Assembly (NCBI GenBank): GCA_029953675.1
Contig: JAMWBK010000010.1
Location: 310,001-374,000, forward strand
DNA from: Rhodosorus marinus CCMP1338
Lineage: Eukaryota; Plantae; Rhodophyta
Reading direction: 5' to 3'
Length of the DNA stretch: 64,000 nucleotides
In this document: positions 50,300 through 59,444 of the stretch, one piece after another
Numbering within the stretch: the first letter of the stretch is position 1
How the letters are laid out: each line of letters starts with the position of its first letter
Notes under the pieces: generated by a model
Told to the model about the DNA's origin: nothing
The model's input: only the letters and a program-made list of their open reading frames with translations
Databases searched by the model: none
Program-made: the position numbers and the translations under genes

Positions 50300-51280
50300 G
50301 AGGACTGTTCTGGGGCTCCAAGGAAGTCAGAGTGGCCTCTGAGGTTGGCTGGTTGAGTTTGATTGAGCTTTGGAAATGGAGCAATGGAGGGATCCAAGAA
50401 CGGGCCAAGGAGGCTCCGATTTGGGGCTCCAGATGAGTCATTTCAGGTGGCTGGAAAGTGCTTTGAAAAGGGGTCGAAGGAGGTTCAAAATGAGGGCTCA
50501 GATGGGGCTCCAAGGGGATCGAAAGAGGGTCCAAAAGAGGGCTAATTTGGGTCCCAGGAGGCCCTTCAAATGGTGGCTATGGATTGGTAGGAATTGATGA
50601 TTTGAGGGTCATTTTTCCAGATTTCTGTCGATCAGGGGTCATTTTTGGACATTTTTGCAAGTTTAGTAGGGAACAGCGTTTTCACGTTCACTACTAAATC
50701 GTTCAGACCTGTGTAGGTACCGGGGCAAAACGCAATTTAGTACTGTACAGCCCTTTTTTTTGCACACGAGGTATCTCAGCTGTTTTTCGAGATCCGAAGG
50801 GGTCCGTTTTGGGGCTCCAAAGGGGTCGAAAAAATTGGGTGGCTGGTGAGTGGTTTTTGAAGGTCTATTTTGAGGGCTCAGAGGGGTCCTTTTTGGGGGT
50901 CCTCAGGGGTCCGATTTGGGGCTCCAAAGGGGTCTCAAAGAAGGCTCCAAGGAGGCTCCAAGAAGGGGCTCAGATCGAGATCTCAGAGGTCGCAGGAGAC
51001 CGTTCGAGGCTCCAGATTTTCGAAGGAGGGGTTGGGGCTGAATGGGGTGGCTGGTTGTGAGCTTTCGTTGACGCTCTTTGGATCGAAAGGGGCAAAATGA
51101 GGGGATGTGGCTGGATAAATATTGCTTCGCAGGGTCTCTTCACTACTGATTCAGATTTGTTCACTACTAAAGTCTTCAGAAGAGGGCACATTTATTGCGA
51201 AAACAAGCGGGTTTACCCGGTACCTACACGGCTTTTTCAACGACTTTTATGTCTATGCTGAGCAACGTTCACTACTAAAG
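50300..51280. repeat. G-rich degenerate minisatellite with ~40-bp inverted repeats and repeated GTTCACTACTAAA; possible non-autonomous DNA element
   Basis: About 9 GGCTCC motifs and several GGTGGCTGG. IR arms 50695-50733 and 51207-51249 share a perfect 14-bp core GTGTAGGTACCGGG / CCCGGTACCTACAC. GTTCACTACTAAA at 50686, 51159 and 51267; near-perfect hairpin 50662-50698. Confidence 0.6.
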
Positions 51281-51408
51281 TTGACCAATCAGCGCCATAT
51301 TGGGCGAAAAGGGGGCGAAGAGGAGGGCTGGTTTAGGGCTAGATATACCTAGCACTACATGTAGGGTATATAAAATGCTAGCCATTCTATGAGTCAGGGT
51401 CAGGGGGG

Positions 51409-52058
51409 TCATCACTGCCCAACATCAACTGGACTGTGGCAACGTAGGCACGACGAAATCTGCAGAGAGCTGGCACGGTGGCTAAGGCGATGGAACTTCA
51501 TGGACGTAGAGCAAGAACCTGAGGGGTACTTCGAGAACTGCGACCTGATATCGTTGCTAGGCATCCGAGGACCAAACAAAGGTATGCGCTGGATGTGACG
51601 GTGGTGCCACCATTACAGGGAAATTATTTGCGGCGGAGCCAAGATGATAGCGGATACGCGGCGAGAGCTGCGGAGAAGTGGAAAATCGCTCACTACAAGG
51701 AAGCGATGGTGGTCGAGAAACCGGATGATAAGTTTATCCCGATAGCAATAGAGACGTTTGGGCGTACGGGGCAAATGGCACAGGAGTTCCTCCGGGACAG
51801 CTGCAAACACTTACTGCACAGGAGTGAGGAGCTGAGAGACGTGAGATCGCAGATAAACCGGCAACTATGGCGAGGTAACGCAGAGATCGCACTAGGCGCT
51901 TTGCGCGTGGACCAGTTGGAGAATCCGCTGGTGCCTGTTTTTTCTTTTGAACGTAGCATGAGACCCCGGTAGCGGGGTTCCAGTAAGTTTCTCCCTAGAT
52001 AGGATTAGACGCAGTGTTGCGCTGCAGTAGGCAGCTGCCCAGTAAAGCTTACGGTTAC
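51409..52058 (+). mobile_element. 5'-truncated, frameshifted copy (copy 1) of the RLE non-LTR retrotransposon: endonuclease region + 3' UTR
   Basis: Nearly identical to 55933-56589. A 7-bp deletion (ACGGACT, between ACT microrepeats) near 51539 splits ORFs 51389-51598 and 51595-51972. Confidence 0.95.
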
Positions 52059-52619
52059 TTGAGTAACAGGTCCCATAGTCAACAGGATGATGAATGGCAC
52101 GAGATCAAGATCACCAGATAATCATAGTGCGAAAAACGTTGTAAGGCGCCTCCAAAAGTCTCTGTTAGCTCTGCCAGAACTTCCAGTTCCAACGATACTC
52201 GGTATAAAACTATTCTGCCAAGTATTGAACAGACTATCCAGTGCAGATTCGACTTTTTGTGGTTTGTCCAGTAAGCGTCCGCTATGAGAAGAAAAGGCGT
52301 GGGGCAACTCTCCCTGGATAAAATAAGTTGCCCAGTAAGCGCTCGTTTTCAATCGGATTAGAGCGATTCTCTTCAGAGGGTGCGCATGGCTGCAGTCTAT
52401 CCAATCGAAGATTCAACTTGGATATTATTGGCGGTCGTTTGCAATGGGAGTCCAGCGATTGTCTTCAGAGGCTGCGGCATGGGTATATACAGCGTAGTGG
52501 TCTGTAAATAGGGGGAGATGGTGGAGGAGGAACTGGTTGAAGGGTAGCAGCACTTACTGATTGGATCGTGACTTTCTTGTTCGTGAACGAGGTGTTGGGC
52601 GGGGTAGGGATTGTGTGAG

Positions 52620-53207
52620 ATGATGAGAGTTGTCACGTTAGCTGTGTATGGCCTGGCTCTGCTGGGTATGGTGTCCGCACAATCAACATGCGCTGATACG
52701 CCTGGGTTCGTGAGATTTCAATATGCAGGAAACGGCACCGGTTTTTGGGCGAATTTGGAAGGGAGGAACGGGACGGTGTATGGAACTGTCTTTGTGACTG
52801 TGGCGGAGAGGAAAGCGAAGAACTGTTTTCAGGCCGTTTTTGAAATTAACGGAGACGATGTCGCTCTCCTGAGGCTCAGGGCAGGAATTTTCGCGACGAC
52901 GGACGCTCCTACTGGCAAAGACAGGTTCACGAGGAAAAAGCGAGTTCGCCAGGTCGAACTCCCTTTTAGAGTTGTTGGGGGCGCCTTATACATCTGTCCC
53001 TCAAGTATCCCAGCGGAAATAAGCCCAAATTGCTGTGAAAGACCCAATTTGGTTTTATTCGCGACTGCCGTGATTACCAATGGCGATGAGTCTCTGCGAG
53101 TGTATATGGTACACAACCAAGCTACGTCAAATTCGTCATGCATAACGATGAACTCGGAAAAGCCGTTCCGACAGGCCTGCCTTCTACCGATTGCCTGCCC
53201 TAGATAG
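52620..53207 (+). CDS. Small secreted cysteine-rich protein of unknown function
   Basis: Signal-peptide-like MMRVVTLAVYGLALLGMVSA-Q; 8 Cys in the mature part; N-glycosylation sequons NGT (x2) and NSS; intronless. No family recognised. Confidence 0.75.
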   Translation: MMRVVTLAVYGLALLGMVSAQSTCADTPGFVRFQYAGNGTGFWANLEGRNGTVYGTVFVTVAERKAKNCFQAVFEINGDDVALLRLRAGIFATTDAPTGKDRFTRKKRVRQVELPFRVVGGALYICPSSIPAEISPNCCERPNLVLFATAVITNGDESLRVYMVHNQATSNSSCITMNSEKPFRQACLLPIACPR

Positions 53208-53263
53208 GATTAGACGTAGTGTTGTGCTGCAGTAGGCAGCTGCCCAGTAAAGCTTACGATTTA
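53200..53263 (+). mobile_element. About 65-bp extreme 5'-truncated insertion of the retrotransposon 3' end, with CCTGCC target-site duplication
   Basis: CCCTAGATAGGATTAGACGTAGTGTTG(T/C)GCTGCAGTAGGCAGCTGCCCAGTAAAGCTTA matches the ends of copies 1 and 2. CCTGCC at 53194-53199 and 53264-53269. Confidence 0.9.
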
Positions 53264-53483
53264 CCTGCCGTTGATTTTGTCGCATTCAGTTTACTCCATA
53301 AAAGACGAATGCACTTTAAGATGTTCTTTTTCAAAAAAAGATTTTCTGGTTCATTCAAATTTTGTTTATAACTTGAAAAAAAAATTCAACGGCCTGTCAG
53401 CGAGTTTTGAGCCCAACCATCTATGTATCCGTTTATCTTCCTTCCATCTCTCAGAGCTTACCATCCTGATCGGTGGGGAATCC

Positions 53484-56400
53484 ATGACTTGCATAGTCTG
53501 GGGGTACCCGGTTCCCACACGGCGATTTGTGCCACGCGGTCAGGTCCATACATGGAGCTGCCTCTTCCGTGCTGCATTAGAGCTCTCTATGGACAGCACC
53601 GCACCAACAAACGCCAGCCTGCTTCTTGTCGGACTTCCAGGCCTTGTCCTTGGACACTCTGCACTTGATGTTGGCATTCAGGTATCGCACGTGCTTGAAG
53701 GAGAATTCTCTACGGTCTGGAGCGCTCTAGAGGACAAGGCGTCTATGCTGTCGCATACTACCGCACCGCAAGGAGCTGAAGCGGTTCGACGGCAACATCT
53801 CGGGCGCCACAAGCGAGCGTTGAAACTAGCACACCTTGGCCTTTTTCAGATGCAGCTCGGAGCCTACAGGCCACCGAAATGGCACCTTTTACCGCGGCTA
53901 CGTGGAGACAACTACAAGCGCTCTTTCCCGACCCGGCGGAAGGTGACTTACCAGACGAGATTGCACAAGCTCTGGAATCTTTGCTCGCTCTGAATACCGA
54001 AACACTTAAGCGGCGGTGGGATTCAAGAAAAGCGGCCGACGAGGGCCTCATGTCGATCGTGGCACGTCTTCCTCAGGGCAAGAGCCCAGGCCCTAGCGGT
54101 CTCCGCGCGGAACACCTCCAAGGTGCAACTCAACAGACGCAAGTGGCGTTGATTCGTGTATTGCGACAACTGGCGACCGCTCCGGAGAAATTTTCCCCGG
54201 CTCTGACCCGCGCCCTTCGCAGCAGCCGACTCCTGCCGTTCGCGAAGCCTAACAAGGGTTCAGTGCCGCAGGAACATCCCGGAGTTCGCCCTATCGGAGT
54301 ACCAGAAGTTTTGCGCAAGGTAGCAACGCAATGGACTCTTCACGCGGTTATGGACAGGGTGCGTGAGCTCCTGGTACCCTTACAACTGGGTATTGGAGTA
54401 AGTGGCGGGTGCGAACGCTCACTTCACGCGATCCAGGCCCATTTGTCATGCGAACCCGATTCGGTGGTCCTTCGACTAGACCTGGAGAATGCCTTTAATC
54501 GCATCGACCGACGCCTTGCCAAGCAACTGGTGGACGAGCACTTCCCGGAGCTTGCACCAGTGTATAGACTTGGCTATGGAAGCAACAACGCGGACTCACC
54601 GACGCTCTGTGGCTGGCGATCTTCCCCTGGACAGAACGAAACCGACACCTCTCGCCTGACACTCCACGCAGCTACAGGAGTCCAACAGGGAGATCCACTG
54701 GGGCCGGTGCTACATGCACTATCCCTGGCGCCCTTTCTAAGAGCGTTGCGAGCCAAGTTCCCCAACGAAACGATTGTTGCTATCCACGACGATATCACGA
54801 TAGTCGGGTCGCTACAAGCCGTGAAGGCATCCCTGGCATGGGCAAAAACTGTGCTTCCCTCTCTTGGAGCACGCCTGCAACTCGGCAAGTGCACTGTGCA
54901 CGGGCGAACACTGACTACCACGCGAGTGGTCAACCACGAGATTCCTGGAGTGCAAGTGACCAGAGACGGAGTCACCATCCACTCGATACCGATAGGCAGC
55001 CGAGAATATATCGAACAGGAGTGCCCTGGGCTGCAAAATAAGCACGAGAAACTCTTTGAGGAAATTGCCAAGCTCCCACAACCGGAGCTTACGACGCAAA
55101 TTGCCCTCTTCAGGTTCTGTGCGGAAACGCGGCTAGACTATGTTCTACGATGCCTCGCATACGAGTTTGGAAGAACTCTGGCACGCGAGGCGGATGTGAT
55201 GACCAGATATCATCTGGAAATTCTCTTCGGAGGCCTCGCTACGACAGCTGTAGAGGACGACGAGTACGCAGAGCTGATCTCGGACCAAATCGCTCTGCCC
55301 TGCCGCTGGGGAGGGTTGGGTTTCGCTGCTCGAAAGCGCGTCCAACCCATCGCGTTTTACTCGTCATGGAGAAACACCTTCCGGAACAATGAAGATGAAT
55401 GGCCATACCTGACTGAACTAGAGCGGAAGGTTTCGGCAGAACGCTCACCAGACACATACGAGCCAATGGAGCAACGATGGTCGACTTCACAGCTGGCGGA
55501 CCAGATTTGTGCATCGTCGCGAGCAATACAACGGAGGCTCAGACCAGAAACTCCGCCACGGATCTTGGCACTGACCACTCTGCAACAACCGCGCGAAACA
55601 TCTCTTCGAAGCGCACCGGGCGAGACTGCAGCTTGGAATAATGGTTCAATACAACAAACCCTCTCTCGAGAGGCACACCATTGTGCATTCCAAAGGTTGG
55701 TCACCAACCCACGAATCTCCCCTGAAAACCGTGCTCGGATACGGTCCGCCGCGGGATCCGGGTCGGGAGTCTGGCTGCGTGAAATACCAACGCTGACACC
55801 GAAAAAATTGAGTGCGGTTGAGGTGCAGGTAAACGTTCGACAACTGCTGGGGCTGCCAATTCCGGGATTGCGGACCACCGAGAAGTGCACTAGTTGCCGG
55901 AGTAAACACGGAAGGACTGGGGTACAACGGTTTCACCACTGCCCAACATCAACTGGACTGTGGCAACGTAGGCACGACGAAATCTGCAGAGAGCTGGCAC
56001 GGTGGCTGAGGCGATGGAACTTCATGGACGTAGAGCAAGAACCTGAGGGGTACTTCGAGAACTACGGACTGCGACCTGATATCGTTGCTAGGCATCCGAG
56101 GAACAAACAAAGGTATGCGCTGGATGTGACGGTGGTGTCACCATTACAGGGAAAATATTTGCGGCGGAGCCAAGATGATAGCGGATACGCGGCGAGAGCT
56201 GCGGAGAAGTGGAAAATCGCTCACTACAAGGAAGCGATGGTGGTCGAGAAACCGGATGACAAGTTCATCCCGATAGCGATAGAGACGTTTGGGCGTACGG
56301 GGCAAATGGCACAAGAGTTCCTCCGCGACAGCTGCAAACACCTGCTGCACAGGAGTGAGGAGCTGAGAGACGTGAGATCGCAGATAAACCGGCAACTATG

Positions 56401-56503
56401 GCGAGGTAACGCAGAGATCGCACTAGGCGCTTTGCGAGTGGACCAGTTGGAGAATCCGCTGGTGCCTGTTTTTTCTTTTGAACGTAGCATGAGACCCCGG
56501 TAG
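53484..56503 (+). CDS. ORF2: reverse transcriptase + CCHC-like knuckle + PD-(D/E)xK restriction-like endonuclease; one -1 frameshift at 53841-53847
   Basis: RT: PGPSGLRAEHL, RPIGVPEVLRK, QLGIGVSGGCE, DLENAFNRIDR, GVQQGDPLGP, AIHDDITIVG. C-terminal: CTSC..HHC, RHDEI, RPDI, LDVTV, AAEKWKIAHY, FIPIAIETFG, LWRGNA. ORF 53879-56503 plus the upstream part of ORF 53271-53993. Confidence 0.93.
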
Positions 56504-56589
56504 CGGGGTTCCAGTAAGTTTCTCCCTAGATAGGATTAGACGTAGTGTTGCGCTGCAGTAGGCAGCTGCCCAGTAAAGCTTATGGTTAC
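53507..56589 (+). mobile_element. RLE-type (CRE/SLACS-like) non-LTR retrotransposon, copy 2: 5'-truncated, nearly full ORF2 + 3' UTR
   Basis: Contains the RT+RLE ORF. The first 176 bp duplicate 58421-58596. Flanked by TAGTCTGGGG(G)T at 53494-53505 and 56592-56602. Confidence 0.95.
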
Positions 56590-56649
56590 GTTAGTCTGGG
56601 GTAAGCTTACAGTTACGTTGGTCTGGGGTGGTAGTCTGGGGTTAGGGGT
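56575..56649 (+). repeat. G-rich junction repeats between copy 2 and copy 3
   Basis: GTAAAGCTTATGGTTAC-GTTAGTCTGGG-GTAAGCTTACAGTTAC-GTTGGTCTGGG-GTGGTAGTCTGGG-GTTAGGGGT. Confidence 0.9.
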
Positions 56650-58596
56650 TTTGGACGGCTTTGTTTGTGGAAAACGACGGAAAAAGCTGATAAAAAGCTA
56701 CAAGTATGATTGTGAAGGAGGTACGCGGGCCCTACCCCGAGCCTCTTGTGATCGCGGGCCCACACACCTCGGGTACCCGCGAAATGGAGAGGGCGAAAGA
56801 GCTGCTACAAGAGCAGCAGCAGCAGCAGCAGCAACAGCACCAGCATAGGGGAGCAGAACAGGAGGCAGAGAGGAATGCAGAGCAGGCCACAGCAGACCCA
56901 GCTGTCGCCTTTCTCCACCAGCTGCAGAGCTACGACCACTGCTATACCGCCCTGGGAATCGGCCAGTCGGACATCGCCGACTTCTACCAGGCCGCCTTCA
57001 ACCTCTATTCCCGCATCAAATGCTCAAAAGAACTTCAATCAGTGACAGGACGTCTGAATGAGCTCGCCAAAAAACCGCATATGTGGCAAGACGGACGAGC
57101 CACTACGACCCCGCCTCAACCCCCGCAGCAGCACCCGCGGACGGCGGCGGTCAATCAACATGCGGCAGAACCCATCATCAATCAACTTACGGAGGGGACA
57201 GGTGTCCTTGCCTCACTGGACTATGCCACGGCCTTCCCTGTTGCCGGTACCAGCAGCACACGGCCAACGTACGCTCAGAGGACTGCCCAAAGTACTCCAG
57301 CTCGAGAATCAGAGGCAACTCCGACCAGCCGGGCGCCCGGGCCCACAGAGCCAGCAGGCAGCGCTCCGACAGTTGCACGCCACTGTGGGAGGGTCCTCCT
57401 GGGGACCCGAGACCAAGCCGGTACTGGCGACCCTGAGGAATGTAAGACCGCCACGGATGGACGAGGTAGCCCCATCGGATTTCACCACTGTCCTTTGCAG
57501 AGCCTTGGGGATTCCGAGCTCTTATGTGGCGCACGTGGACTTCATCGCTTCCCATGCGTGCTTACTCTGCCATCCGGACGCGATTCCGATTCTACAAAGC
57601 GCCATCTCTCGGGGCGTTTTCAGGACGGGCATCTTCGGTTCGTTCACCCAGAGACACCCCGATCGGCAAGTGACTCTCTACACGGGCCAGGCACTGGATA
57701 CAGACAACCTGTTGGGCTATAATGAACGTCAGCTCATTGCCCCAGCGAATATCGGGGCTCAGACCCTGAAACGGGCGATTGAACAGACTATCCGGATCCG
57801 CGCGAGACTTCGCAGAAGGCAACTCTCGTTCAACACACTCGCAGCGATACACGAGTACCTGGAGAGCAGACTCGGAGCCCTACAAGCCACACAACGTACT
57901 CCAACGGTACCCGGGGAGAGCCCGCAACCCCCAGCGCCTGCAGCCGCCACGAACGCAGACCCTGAAGCCTCGTCCGTTCCAGGGGATGTACAGGCAGACC
58001 GTGGGAGAGTTGACGCCCCGGTTGAGACCAGTGCGACTTCCCAAGTACCTGAGAACGCAGCACACGAGGACAATCCCCATGCGGAGCTCCTCTGCAACCT
58101 TCCGGAGCCACCTCAACAGAAGCGCTCGCGCGTAGCCGCCGATGGCACCGGACCGGATACTGAGATGACTCCGGCAGCCGTGGAGACTCCACAGGATACC
58201 ACTGGGACACAGGTTGCCCTTGACGGCAACCATGACGCGATGGACACGCAGGAGAGCCAGGAAAACCCAGCCCAATAATGCCGAGCAGACGTAGGGGAAT
58301 CAAACGACGCCGCGAAGAGCCTCTATTCTTCTCGGATCGTCAAGACTGGATCAGGCGGAGGAGCGTCTTCGTCGACGACGTCACGGAAGGAGGCAGGCAG
58401 TGGACGCGCCTTACACACTGCCCCGTTCCCACACGGCGATTTGTGCGACGCGCCCAGGTTCACACATGGAGCTGCCTCTTCCGTGCTGCATTAGAGCTCT
58501 CTATGGACAGCACCGCACCAGCAAACGCCAGCCTGCTTCTTGTCGGACTTCCAGGCCTTGTCCTTGGACACTCTGCACTTGATGTTGGCATTCAGG
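56650..58596 (+). mobile_element. Copy 3: 5' part of the same element (5' UTR, ORF1, start of ORF2), truncated at its 3' end
   Basis: The last 176 bp match the start of copy 2 (about 7 mismatches by manual count). Homology ends abruptly at GGCATTCAGG, followed by tandem-repeat sequence. The 5' boundary is approximate. Confidence 0.85.
56706..58278 (+). CDS. Putative ORF1 (gag-like) of the retroelement, split by a +1 frameshift around 57300-57420
   Basis: Overlapping ORFs 56706-57722 (polyQ, helical N-terminus, PTYAQ motif typical of non-LTR ORF1) and 57058-58278 (globular middle, acidic disordered tail). The TAA stop overlaps the ORF2 ATG (TAATG, 58276-58280). Confidence 0.7.
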
Positions 58597-58599
58597 CAT

Positions 58600-59130
58600 T
58601 CAGCCTCAGCCAGTACTATGATCAGATGGGCAGGTTGTCCATCCGCAGAAGTCTGACTAGCAAAGAGCTGGCGCGGGGGTGAGCAGGGTCCCTGACGAGT
58701 CGTTCCTAGACGACTGAGAGCGTTCAGTGCCGACCGAGTCAGTCTACTAATCAGACTTAAGACCCCAGCAATTAAAGGATTCGATAGACAGACTGTCCCC
58801 GTCCACTCGAAATCTGCCGTGTGGCCGAAACCGCTGGACTTGGATGTATACAGGGTCTCGAGACGTCCCGAGACGACTGAGAGCGTTCATCACAGACAGA
58901 CCCAATCTAGCTTGAAGACTCAGACTAGACTCCAATAGCTAAAGGAAGCGATGGACAGGCTGCCCTCTTCCACGGATCCTGACAGAAATCCCAACAGAAA
59001 TCTGCTGTGCTGACGAAACCGTTGAGCCTCGGGTGTATACGGGGAATCTGACGAGTCGTCCCTAGACAACTGAGAGCGTTCAGTACGGAAAGTTTCAATC
59101 TAGTTTGAAGAAGACTCAGAGTAGACTCCA
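58600..59130 (+). repeat. Diverged tandem array, about 3 units of 165-190 bp
   Basis: Unit starts near 58694, 58860 and 59050 share GAC(G/A)ACTGAGAGCGTTCA. Middle parts share GAAATCTGC.GTG...GAAACCG.TG...TGTATAC.GGG. A partial unit precedes at 58600-58693. Confidence 0.85.
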
Positions 59131-59444
59131 GTAATGATAAGCCCGCTCTCTTCGCTTTAGCTCAGTCTCCTCCTCTCTGGGTTGGCGGTCTTCAAGTAAA
59201 TTACTCGAATGAAAAGCGTTGGTTGAACAGGCTGTTTGGGATGTAAAATCTGGAGGGGAGATAACTTTATTGGGTTAGGGTAGGGCATCAAGCAGATGAG
59301 CACAGTGGAAGGCGAGCTAGTTCGCTATAGAGAGGCGAATTCTTATAGTCTCTAGGTTTTGTATTTTTACAAGAACGAATCGAGCTGAGCAGGTTTTTTT
59401 GGAGGAGTTGGATCTCGAGGTTATGTTTCTGAGATTGCACAGTT

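Noticed and set aside
58600-59130. CRISPR-like array
   Set aside because: Units are 165-190 bp and diverged along their whole length, there are no unique spacers and no cas genes, and the context is eukaryotic.
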